From positions 46,376,001 through 46,440,000 of the forward strand of contig CM060731.1 in the NCBI GenBank assembly GCA_030704615.1: a stretch of DNA of 64,000 nucleotides, read 5' to 3'. This document shows, in pieces, positions 48,801 through 60,000 of this stretch (the first letter of the stretch is position 1; the number at the start of each line of letters is the position of its first letter). Source of the DNA: Takakia lepidozioides. Its lineage: Eukaryota; Plantae; Bryophyta. A model generated the notes under the pieces. It was not told where the DNA came from, searched no databases, and saw nothing but the letters and a program-made list of their open reading frames with translations. The position numbers and the translations under genes were made by a program.

Positions 48801-51800
48801 TAGCTTCCGCGTTAGCCTGTACTACAAGGCAACCCCCTCGGTAGTGCAGTTATAGTATGCGCACGCGCCAGGTGCACACTAGCACGTGAACTCCCAAAGA
48901 AGGCGCAAGTTTCCTTGCCCCTTGGATGGGGGTCACCCGATTTCGGCACTACGCAAACACATGATTAACCCAATTTACCTCTCCCACTTTTATAAGCTAG
49001 CATGCATTCTACACACTAGCCAACCATACCATGCATCACCATTCCAAACAAAATAGGATGCACAACATTTGGAAGCCATTTCATTTATAGCACGTTTTGT
49101 ACAATACAAGTTTTTGCAATCGGATTCCTAAGCTAGCTAAGCCGGGCTAAGCATGCATTTCCTCCCCCACGCTCCAAGGTTGATGTCCCCATCAACGCTT
49201 CTTCCGCTTTTGAGGTCGCCCTTCGAAAGCTGCAACCGCCTCGGATGCGTTTCCCATTTCTGAGGCACGCACCCAAGATGCCTCCACCTGATGATAGCCC
49301 TTCCATTTGACGAGATACCCCGTTTCTCGGCTCTTGAACCTCCTCGACTTAAGTATTGCCTCCACCTCGTACTCAGGTTCATTTTCATGATCCAACAGCA
49401 TAGGTGGCGGACGCAACACTTGATGCCGATTCGGACGCGCTTCATCTTTGAAGTAAGGCTTCAAAAGGGAGACATGGAATACTGGGTGCACCTTGTTGTT
49501 TGCCGGCAGCTCCAATTCATACACATCCTCATTCATAACCTTCCGAATGCAAAAGGGTCCCGCATACGGAGGTACGAACTTCGGACTGACTTCCGGAGGT
49601 AGTCGGAAATTCTTGATGTTCAACCAGACCTCTGTGCCTGCCTCAAACTTCACTTCCCTCCGCTTCCGATTCGCCTGCCTTTCATACCGTTTCCTAGCTT
49701 TGGCAATGTTGTACTTTGCGAGCTTCAACAAACGCTCGTGTTCTTCCAGTACTGCCGCTACTGCTGGTTCCTCAACGTCCTGGGCGGCCCAACTTGTCGG
49801 CACCAGAGGTGCTTTTCCATAGACCAATACGAAAGGGGAAACTCCCGTTGCGGAGTGTTCTGTGTTATTATAACAGAACTCTGCCGCGTCTAAGTGTTCC
49901 ACCCAGTCTGTTTGGTCTGCCGACACGTAATTCTGCAAGATCTGCTTCACTACGGAATTCACTCTTTCTGTTTGGCCGTCGGTCGTAGGTCGGAAGGCGG
50001 TGCTCATCTTCAGCCTCGTCCCCATCTTCTTCCAAAGTGCCCTCCAAAATTTACTCGTAAACTTTGGATCGCGGTCCGAGACAATATCCTTCGGGACTCC
50101 ATGATGCTTTAAGACGTGGGCGAAATAAAATCGTCCTGTTTCCTGTGCCGTTGCCGTCTCCTTGGTGGGGATGAAATGACCCATTTTACTGAACCTATCC
50201 ACCACCACCATGATTGCATCGAATCCTTTTGACAGCGGCATAGCAGTCATGAAATCCATCGAGACGCTTTCCCAAGTCCCCTCTGGAATCGGTAAGGGTT
50301 GTAACAGCCCCGCTTGCTTTTTGTACTCGCTTCGGTTTTGTTGGCATGTGGTGCATGTCTTGACATACTCCTCTGCCTCCTCCCTCAATTTGGGCCAGAA
50401 ATACTCTTTCTTCAAGAGTGCCGCAGTGCGCTTGGCTCCACCGTGGCCCGCAAGCGGGCTATCATGGCATTCTCTCAAGAGGCTATCTCTGATCCCTCCC
50501 TTCGGCACGTAGAGACGCTTTTGCTTATACCGGAGCAGTCCATTTTGCAAGTGGAACTGCGATTTAACCCCCATCCTCAAGTCCTGCATCACGGACTTCG
50601 CCAGCTCATCCTTCCGGCAAGCCTTCCGGATCTTCCTTTGGAGCGCCGTCTCGCCCTTGTACACCAACAAGAGCTGCTGCTTTCTACTTAAAGCATCGGC
50701 CACCACGTTGTCTCGTCCCGGTTTGTACTGGATATCCACGTCGAACACCGCCAAAGTATCTTGCCACCTAAGTGTTTTGGGGACAACTTGGGCTGTGTGG
50801 CAAAATACTTCACCGTGACATTGTCCGTGAACACCTTTACTGGGTTGGAACCAACATAGTGGCGCCAAAGCTCAAGACAATGCACCACCGCCTTCATCTC
50901 TTTCTTGTGCGTCGGCCACCGTCGCTCCACTTCATTCAGTTTCTTACTTTTGTAAGCCACTGGACGTCCATCTTGCATCAGTACACCCCCAATCGCGAAG
51001 TCCGACGCATCTGTATGTATATCGAACGGACGATCGAACTCCGGGATTTTCAAGACTGGAGCTTCCGCCATCCGCTGCTTCAATTCAGCAAAAGCTTGGC
51101 CACAAAATGTGTTCCATGCCCAGACTTTAGATTTACACAGAAGGTCTGACAACGGCCCCGCGATCTTGGCGAAATTTCTCACATACTTCCAATAATAGGA
51201 GGCGAGTCCTAGGAAGGATCGCACTCCCGGGACCGAAGTCGGAGGCTCCCAGTCCAAGATCGCCCTCACCTTTCTATCATCCATTTTGATCCCATCCTGT
51301 GTAATCACATGCCCCAGGAACTCCACTTTTGTGACCCCGAATTCGCACTTTGAAGCTTTGGCATACAGCTTCCCTTCTCGCAATTTCTGGAACACCCTTT
51401 TGAGGTGCTCCAGGTGCTCCTCCTTTGTTTTCGAGTACACCAAGATGTCGTCGATGTACACGATCACAAAGTCATCCAACCACTCCTGGAAAAGGTTGTT
51501 CATCAGCGTGCTAAAGGTCGCGGGTGCGTTGGTGAGCCCAAAAGGCATCACCAAGAACTCATACGAACCATACCTCGTCCTGCACGCGGTCTTCTCCTCA
51601 TCTCCTTCCGCCACTCGAATTTGATGATAGCCGGAGCGCAGATCGATCCGGCTGAAATACTTTGCTCCTGCCAACCGATCGAAAAGGTCGTCGATCCTTG
51701 GCAAAGGGTACCGGTTTTTGATAGTCACCTTATTCAGAGCCCTGTAATCGACACACATCCGCAGCGTCCCATCCTTCTTGTCTGCAAATAGCACCGGGGC

Positions 51801-54534
51801 TCCGTAAGGTGACTTACTCGGCCGGATAAACCCCTTTGACATTAGATCCTTGAGCTGAGTCTTCAGCTCGACCAACTCTCTGTGGCTCAACCGGTAGGGC
51901 ACCTTGGCAGGCGATTCCGATCCCGGTATCACCTCAATCTTGTGGTCAACTCCTCTTCACGGTGGCAAGCCGCTTGGCAAATCCTCCGGCATCACATCAT
52001 GGTATTTCTCCAAAATCCCCTTGATCCAATCTGGGCTCGGCTCTCCATCGCCTTCTCCCTTCACTTCTCTAATGTAGAGCAAAAACTGGGGCTCGTGTGC
52101 CTCCTCCACGGCCCACTCCCTTGCTGACAGAAGGTTTATTCGCCCTCCCACGGGTTTGGGCGTTTCCGAAACTCGTAAGACCTCGCCACCATTCCAACAT
52201 GGTAGCGTGACTACCCTCTTGCGGCCATCTATGACCGCTCCGGATTTGCTCAAAAAGGTCATCCCCAAAATGAGATCCACTCCGTCGATCTCGCAGACGG
52301 TGAAGTTCTCACGTCCCTCCCAACTCCCCAGTTGAAGTGGAACATCGAACGCCAACCTCGTCGCCAATTGCGGTTCTCCTTTTGCAGAACGCACCTTAAT
52401 AGAGGCCCCTACGTCAGTTGTCGGGAGTCCCAACTTTTGTGCCATTGCCGGTGTCATGAAGGAGTGCGACGCTCCTGTGTCCACCAACAATGACACGTTA
52501 GTTCCAGATATTATCCCATCCACGAACAATAAGTGACTCCCTTTACGCAATGCGCCAGTTTCCTGATACAACTCACAAGAATATTTGCCTACCTTGCAAG
52601 TCCTGGCGACTACCGCTTCCACCAAGCGACTGATGGTATCTTCCGACAGCTCCGTGGTTGCCCGAGTCATGTTCAATTGTCGGGGTTTTGTGCACTTCTT
52701 GGCCATGTGCACGAGCTCTCCGCAATTGAAACACACTCCATCAAAGGTCGCCTTCTGTCCGCCATAAGCCGCTCCACCCGCTTTTCCTTTCGAAGCACCG
52801 GGTGCCGCCTTGACGTGTGAAGGCCCTCCCTTCGATTTCCACGTGCCATTGTCGCCGCGTGGCCTATCCCACTTCTTTTCCGGTCGGAAGGAGTCACCTT
52901 CCCGCCGGGTCTTCTTGTGGTTCATCTCCGTACGGCCTTGTCTTTCACCCCTAGGGACATCTGAGAAACATTCAGCCCTCTCAATTGCCTCGTTCAAAGT
53001 CTTGGGTGGCTTCTCCTCCAACTTCCGCCTGGCCCATGGGGCCAGTCCCGCCACAAAGTTGAAGACCATTTCCGATTTTGCCATGTCAGCGACTTCGAGC
53101 AAAAGCACATTGAAAGCCTGGACATATCCCCGAATGTCGTCTGTTTGCTTCAAATTCCTCATCTTGTCCCGGGCAAGCCAGGACGCGTTGAGGGGCACAA
53201 ACTGTCTCTTCATCAATTCCTTGAACCCACTCCAGTTCAAGGTTTCCGGGCTTGGACCTCGGTCATGAAGGCGTTTCTGCCACCATTGTTGAGCATAGCC
53301 CTTCAAATAGGTGGGAGCCACTTCCACCCGATCCTCGTCACTCAACTTGGCCGCCCGGAAGTACTGCTCTAGCTCCAAGAGCCAGGTGTTGAGTGCCTTC
53401 CGATTTTGGACGCCCTCGAAGTGCCTGGTTCCTTAGGCTTCACCTTAAACTTCGCCTTAGTGGAAGTGGCATTAGCCGCTCTCAACACGTCTTTCAGTGT
53501 CCCGCCAAACTGCGCCAACAACCCTTCCCAAAAGGCTGCCGGCATGGGAGGCATCTGTTGGTCGGTCGGAGCTCTCACGGATTCCTCGGGCTCTGACTCC
53601 TCGGATTCCTCCCGCTCTTGAGCGGCCTCGTTTTCGGAAACGTGCATCGCTCCCTCAAACGGCCGCCTCGGTGACACGTCGCCCCCATCGGGCTCACCAG
53701 GATCATCATCTTTTGGGCCATTCCGCTTTCGCTTTGGCTTGCCCGACCCCATGATGAGGCCAATCCCAAGGACGATCGCGTACTGAACTCTAAGCTCTGA
53801 TACCAAGTGTCGCGCACCTCACTTCGGTAAACTCCCCTTCAAGTCATAGTTACTCGCTTTGATGCGCGCGCCTGACTCCCAACCTGGCCGCCGGGCCAAC
53901 TTGGAGCTTCAGCTGCTCACCGGGACATAACGGTCCCCATTCGCTCCCCCACTAAACCCTCCACCTATTTGGGCCTAGTGGAATTCCCTTTGGTAGATGG
54001 CAGTCCGGAACAGCTCCCCACTCTTTGGTCGCTTTCCGGCTCGCTCGCTTACTCACTAGTTTTTGGTCACCAACGGGCTTGCACCGTTCTCGGGGTTACT
54101 ACTCCATATATATACTTCTGTAGCTGTCCGCGGGGGTTTCACAACCAGCCATGCCATTTTATGGCGAACCACCACGAAAACCCTCGACTCCCGGTGATGA
54201 GTCGCGGTGAGTCTTGGCCCACTCACCACGGCCCCTATGGACCGTGATGAGTCCCAAGACTCCCCACGACTCCCACCACGAGGTCTCCGCCCCCATGGTG
54301 AGTCCTATGCCACCCCCACTAAGTCCCGCTAAGCTACCACCACCCCTTGTGGAGCCACCCCCACCGCAACCCGGTGTGCGGGGCTCCACCTAGTGAGCGC
54401 CTCCGCCTCCTTGAGTGCCTTGGGCACTCAAGGGTGCTTCAGCCCCCCATACGTATCGTTGCCGCTGCCCCCACCACAGGGGCAGCCCCTCATGTGTCCC
54501 GACCCCCCTGCTCTCAAGGCAAGGGGGCGCGAGA
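42780..54534 (-). mobile_element. Ty3/gypsy chromovirus LTR retrotransposon (Galadriel-like), outer full-length copy
   Basis: 727-bp LTRs at 53808-54534 and 42780-43506. TSD GTGGG (42775-42779, 54535-54539). tRNA-iMet PBS TGGTATCAGAGC at 53794-53805. PPT next to 43507. Gag with CCHC-like knuckle, protease LVDTGAS, RT YIDD, RNase H, integrase, GPF, and chromodomain EYEVEAIL..YLVKWKGY (49192-53806, frameshifted). Confidence 0.96.
43657..48431 (+). mobile_element. Same-family Galadriel-like LTR retrotransposon nested in opposite orientation, internally deleted
   Basis: 5' LTR 43657-44382, PBS 44385-44396, gag-pol 44438-48205. Integrase joined directly to a partial 3' LTR (~48205-48431). TSD CTACT (43652-43656, 48432-48436). 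Confidence 0.96.
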
Positions 54535-56173
54535 GTGGGAGACTCGGCAGACGAGGCTGATTGGGATACTGAGAATCTTCAAATGGAGAGTGATGGTGGT
54601 GATGAACCTAACCTGGATTTTCTCAACATGTTCAAGCCTTGTACCTGGGAAAAAGGAGTGGACATCGATTTTGTAAGCGAGAGAGATGCTTTTAGTGGCC
54701 CCGACCCTGGGCCTTGCCTCCCTGACATGAAGGGTTCCACTCCTGTTTGGTTTTTTCACCTGTTTTGGAGGCAATCTGTACTCGAGCGGATTTGCAGAGA
54801 GTCCAACCGCTATGCATGTGAAGCGTTGGGTATAGGGACTCGTGGAGGGCCTCGTTGGAAGGAACTGCAGGTTCCTGAACTACGGGCTTGGATTGGTGTG
54901 TGTGTGTGTTTATGGGCATGAAGAAGCTGCCCCGTACTCGTTGTTACTGGCAACACTCTGAGGTGTTCTTCTCTTGCCCTGTCATCCGCAAAATAATGAC
55001 CCGAGACAGGTGGGAGGCCATACTTAGATGCCTGCACCTTGTCGTCAACAATTCCACTCTGGTCTTTGATCGCTCAAGTCCCAATTTTGACAAGTTGGGA
55101 AAGTTTAGGTGGGTTTGCGATGAAGTAGTTGCTAGATGCAAATCGTTGTGGAATCTGTACAAGATGTTGACGGCGGACAAGCTTATGATCCGTTATAAGG
55201 GGAAATATTGTCCGATTAGGATGTACATGCCCAAGAAGCCATGCAAGTGGGGCATAAAAGCTTAGGCGTTGGCTGATTCAAAGACGCATTATGTGTACGA
55301 TTTCTCTTTCTACTATGGGAAGAATGCAAAGGGCCTTGAGGGTGATAGGCCAAAAAATGGCAAAGGTGAGGGTTATGATGTTGTCACCAGGCTTGCTGCG
55401 GGTTGCATGGTTTGGGGCATGTAATTGTCACTGACAATCACTTCACCTCGGTGCAGCTTCTCTATGACTTGGCCCAAGTTGGCACTTGGGCCACTGGCAC
55501 AGTCAGATTAAACAGGAGAGGCCTTCCTCCCTCTTTGATTGGGATGAAAAAGTCTAGGACTTCCAAGCAAGACCAGTCATGGTACAGGATGTATGTTTTT
55601 AAGCAGCTTGTTGCAATCTTGTGGTGGGACAAGAAGGGAGTATTTCTTTTGTCTTCTGCAGCTAGGCCAGCATGTAGGCCTTCTTCTCCTATGTCTGTAA
55701 GACGATTCGTGGGACACCAGAAAGTGTCAGTGCCATCTGTTCCTGCACATGTGCATTATCAAACATTTATGCGAGGAATAGATGTGCAAGACCAGCTTCG
55801 AGGTGCGTACAGCTTGCAGCTACGCACAAAGAAGTGGTGGCATCGTGGATTCTTCTTCCTTATGGACACAACAATGGTGAATGCATATATTTTGCATTCA
55901 TCCCATGTTACCAAGATGGGCCGGCGGGCCATGAGCCATTTGGAGTTCAATTTGGCGTTGGCTTATGCATTGACAGCAGGGACCTGCACAGACAACATGG
56001 AGGGCACTGGCGATGGGTCTTGCACATTTGTGCATCAATGCCTTCACACAATGCAGAGGCGGTTGTGTGGTATTTGTCATGTGCGCACTCATTACTACTG
56101 CCATGGATGTGAGGGAAAACACTTGTGTATTGGTGCGTGCTGGAATGAAGCACATCGTCATGGATCGAGGTGA
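54535..56173 (+). pseudogene. piggyBac transposase (DDE_Tnp_1_7 type), main body; N-terminus at ~42292-42619 before the LTR insertion
   Basis: ICRESNRYA, MTRDRWEAILRCLHL, TADKLMIRYKG..YMPKKPCKWGIK, VTDNHFTS, ATGTVRLNR, MRGIDVQDQ, KKWWHR and a C-terminal Cys-rich domain. Stop at 55263-55265 and frameshifts near 54905 and 55400. Confidence 0.93.
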
Positions 56174-58346
56174 CATTTCCAGCTGCAACTGCAACTGATG
56201 TCGTGCTCTGTTGGCGTTTCTTGTGTGTGTGAGTGTTCACAGGGTGGCGGGCTGTGATGGCAGGTTTGGTGGTCGCTGGTATGGAATGCGTTCGTCGGGT
56301 GCTACGTTTCGGGTGCCCGGCAATTCCCCATAAATCGATGACGTAGCCCGATTTTTTGGGCCAGAATCTTGTGCCGGCTCAGGCATGAGTTCCCCGGAAT
56401 TTGGATTCAAGTAGAAATAGGCCCAAATGGAAATCTATGCATGTAGATTGGTTAGAATGCTTCCAAATTTTTTATGGTGGTGAGTTTCCACCCAAAGAAC
56501 AATATGACTAGAGGAATTGACATTGTGATGAAAATCTGGACACATTTGAGGCAGATTTGGGGTCAATTGTAATGGAGAGCATGTTTGACCCACCAATTTT
56601 CCTATACAAAGCAACCCTCATGTGGTTTTGAAATTTGGTTCTAGAATCTTGGCCCAAGGTGCTCTACATGCCAGGCAGTTACAATCTCGGTATGCTGTAT
56701 CAATGAAAGATCATTTTGCCAGGCCAATTGCTTGGTCAAACCATTTTTTCACTCCAAAACTAGAGCACAATAAATATTTACAGCTTACATTTTTGTTATA
56801 ATATTCCTAATGACACGGTGAAATCACTTGAAATTTTTACAGTAGGTTCCTGAAGTAGGTAGGTTACTTCATACGGTTCATCCCCCTAATGTTTGCCAAA
56901 TGTCAGATATGCCCTCAAACATGAGGACATGTTCCGTTTTGGCATGGGCCCACCAAAAACGGGCTCGTCCATTAGGGGTTACGAAAGATGTTATTTAAGA
57001 AAGGTGTTACTTTGAGAAGCATATGAAAGAAGTAATTTCAGCAAAGGACAGGAGGTAACACCTGGGGAAGGCACAAGAGGGCTTAGCGATTTTTGACACT
57101 GATCCGTAGTCTGCTCTTTAGAATAAAGAGCAGCCGACAAACTTTAACTCTTTAATTTTATTGGGCAACAATGATTGGTGCACACCATCTTACTTGGCTC
57201 ATGTTTCATGGCATAGATCGAACATAAAATAGTAATTTTGTTGGTAATTGTAATACCAAAGATATGCTTTGGGCTTCATCCCCTTCCAAAAAAACAAACA
57301 ATGACGTTATGATTGTACATCATTTTACTTTTCTCATTTCTGACAGCATAAATCGAAATTAAAGTAAGTAAATAATAATAATAATAATAATTTTGTTGGC
57401 TCTCTTGTACAGAGAGAGACTACGCGTAGTGTTCAAGTCAATGGAGAAAATGTGGTCAAAAGACCTTCCACCATGTCAAAGCAAAGATTGGTGTCTTGTG
57501 TTGAGTGCAAAGAGAGGTATAGTAAGAGATTTTTCCATTATATTCAGTTCTCTTCAGATTTATCCCTCCAATTCCATCACATTCAATTTTGTCTTTTCGC
57601 ATTTGTTCCTTGGATTTAATTTTTTATTAATACTTTTTATCAAGGTGAAAACATAAAGTCTTTCAATTTTAAGTTTTATTTTCAATTTTTTTAGTTTTTG
57701 TCTTCAGGGATTACTGTCGGTAATGTTGAATGGTTCTGATTTTATGTTCTAGATATTGATAATTTATAATTCAATAAAATCAGGACCGGCAGACTTGCTA
57801 ACCTTCTAGTTTCGTAATTAGGGTGGACCCTACATTACTCGAGTATTCGCTTATTCCATTTGCGTGGTTATTGTTTAGTCTACTTGTACGTAGTACTGCA
57901 GGGACCTATGCTCTTCGGTGGGCCTCTTACGAAATAATTATTTTTCCTAAAGAAGCATGTTTTTTGTTTTTTTTTGTTTTTTTTTTTTGGTGAAAGGGTT
58001 TGTAATTTTTGCAGTTCTAGCAATATACATGATATATACGGTTAAAGAAACAATGATATGCATGTGTTGGACTGTACACTAATGATAACACATTATATTA
58101 GATGTAATAGAATATGGGTAAAAATGTCAAGGAATTCAACAATGGAGATTGGAGGTTTTTCTTTTTCTGGCATCCTATTTGAAATTTAATTACCGTCACA
58201 CAACATACGCACCTATGCAGTGGTAATCCCAAATAATGCTCAGTTCCTTAGTAGTAAGTTCCAAGTGTTATATATATATATATATATATAGTCCGTAAAA
58301 AAATCATCATTTTTTAGTGTTTAGGTTTAGTACGCTTTATATAGGA

Positions 58347-58435
58347 AATTGTGGAGGAGTGCGTTATATATGGAGAAGTACATTACACCCAAATATAACG
58401 TACTTTCCCCAAATATAATACACTCCCCCATAATT
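58347..58435. repeat. Imperfect ~40-bp-arm inverted repeat (hairpin/MITE-like)
   Basis: AATTGTGGAGGAGTGCGTTATATATGGAGAAGTACATTA pairs with TAACGTACTTTCCCCAAATATAATACACTCCCCCATAATT. Confidence 0.65.
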
Positions 58436-59144
58436 GCTGTTTCTTTACGAATTACCACGTAATGGCCTCGTTCTAAGGCTTTACCCTATACTAAAACGAG
58501 CGGAAAGGCTCATCAACTGCCCTTCCCTATACATAATTGTGAGATCCAAAGATAATTAGGTGGTTCAGTCCATGAGAGGAGTCGACCAACATGTAGTATC
58601 CTCTCCTTTTGTCTCAGAGAATGACAATGAGAGTGAAGGCACTTTGCCAAGCTTCGCCAAAGCTTCGCTTTGTCAACAAACTTGGCCTGATGTTCGTTTT
58701 ATCCTCGGCAGCTTCAGTAGCCGTGCAAATTGTCTTCGTGACTCTCGAACTACAGGCTATCGACATTGCAGATCTAGGACTTATATTTGCATTCGGGCAT
58801 GCTAGCAAATTGACGCCATGCAAGTTTGCAACTCCTCCAATATATTCATTTCCACTAATTGAAGCTCCCAAGCCTTGGTGGGATCGTTGAAGAATATATT
58901 ATGACGAAACGAAAATGTTCTCAGACCATAAAATTTTAAAATTAGTTCAAATTTGTGCTCAGCCGAGCACAGTTCTCCACAAAGGAAAGTTGTAGGTAAG
59001 CTAATGGTAAATGGGCACATATCGCCTCCGAAGTGGTTGTGGATTCAATCCACCAATTGCAGTCACACACATGTCGGTCACCTCCCCGTCGGAAGGCAGT
59101 AGTCCTTTGGGTCAATACGAGGAGTCATATTTCCTTTACACAAA

Positions 59145-60000
59145 GCAAAAGACCACGCACCCTACAAATTGACTGCAAGCATTGAAGCTTACATGTATTG
59201 CCGCCCAGACGAAGAGACTTGAACTGAAGATTTGTCATTGGGCGATTACAAGCCTCATCAATCTGATATTCCACTGCTCCTCGTCAATCTCAGTCACTCT
59301 CATAGTTCAAATTGTTCTAAATTACTAGAAGTAAGCGTCACTATAGCGGTAGTAGGAGCAGACATCGATCCAAGTTGTCTCTAAAAAATAGAACATTTTT
59401 TACGAACACAATGTGTGTGAGGTGTTTGTTCACTAGAGAGAGGAGAGATTTTGTTTCATGGTACTCTACAAAAGGTATGTAAGGTCTACATATCGAGTTT
59501 GATCATGCTCAACAAACAAATTTAAAAATGTTTTAGATTGGGAAATTCCAAAATTTGTAGCAGTTCGGCGTCATCATGTGCAAGTCTGCAAGCTATTACG
59601 AAGAAAAGACGTGCATACATATATCGGCATGATCGGGTACTGTCTCAAAGACATCGACGAAACAAATTTCCACTTCGTTTACGTAAACAATAAACGTTAG
59701 CGATGACAAGATGCAAGATGGAATGGATGAACAAAGTTTGGTGTCTGCTTCAGAAATTAATCAAAGGTTTGTCTCTCACACCAAAACGTTTTGGAGAGGG
59801 CATGCATGTGGTGGATGCATGTACAAAATGAGAGGGCAATTGAATTCAACGCTTCCACGTGTTTTCCGCCATATGATGAGGTTGGTCAGTATTTCTATTC
59901 TGTTAATTGGGTTGTACCGGTTAAAAACAACGAAATGGATTTGGAAAGAGCATGTTCCATCTGGAAATGTATGATGAGACCGCATGAAGTCGAGATGGTA
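59145..60000 (+). mobile_element. Decayed Replitron-like HUH-endonuclease transposase
   Basis: Across frameshifts: EVSVTIAVVGADID..IEHFL...GVCSLERGEILFHGTLQ (degenerate HUH), HTYIGMIGYCLKD..NFHFVYVN (YxxK), SDDKMQDG, RVCLTPK.VLERACMW, NWVVP..MDLERACSIWKCMMRP. Confidence 0.7.

Larger units (their letters stand above)
41072..56978 (+). mobile_element. piggyBac-superfamily DNA transposon, interrupted by nested LTR elements
   Basis: TTAA|TCCCTAATGGACGAG at 41068-41086 and CTCGTCCATTAGGGG|TTAC at 56964-56982 (15-bp TIR with one mismatch, TTAA-type target). Encloses a piggyBac transposase. Confidence 0.9.
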
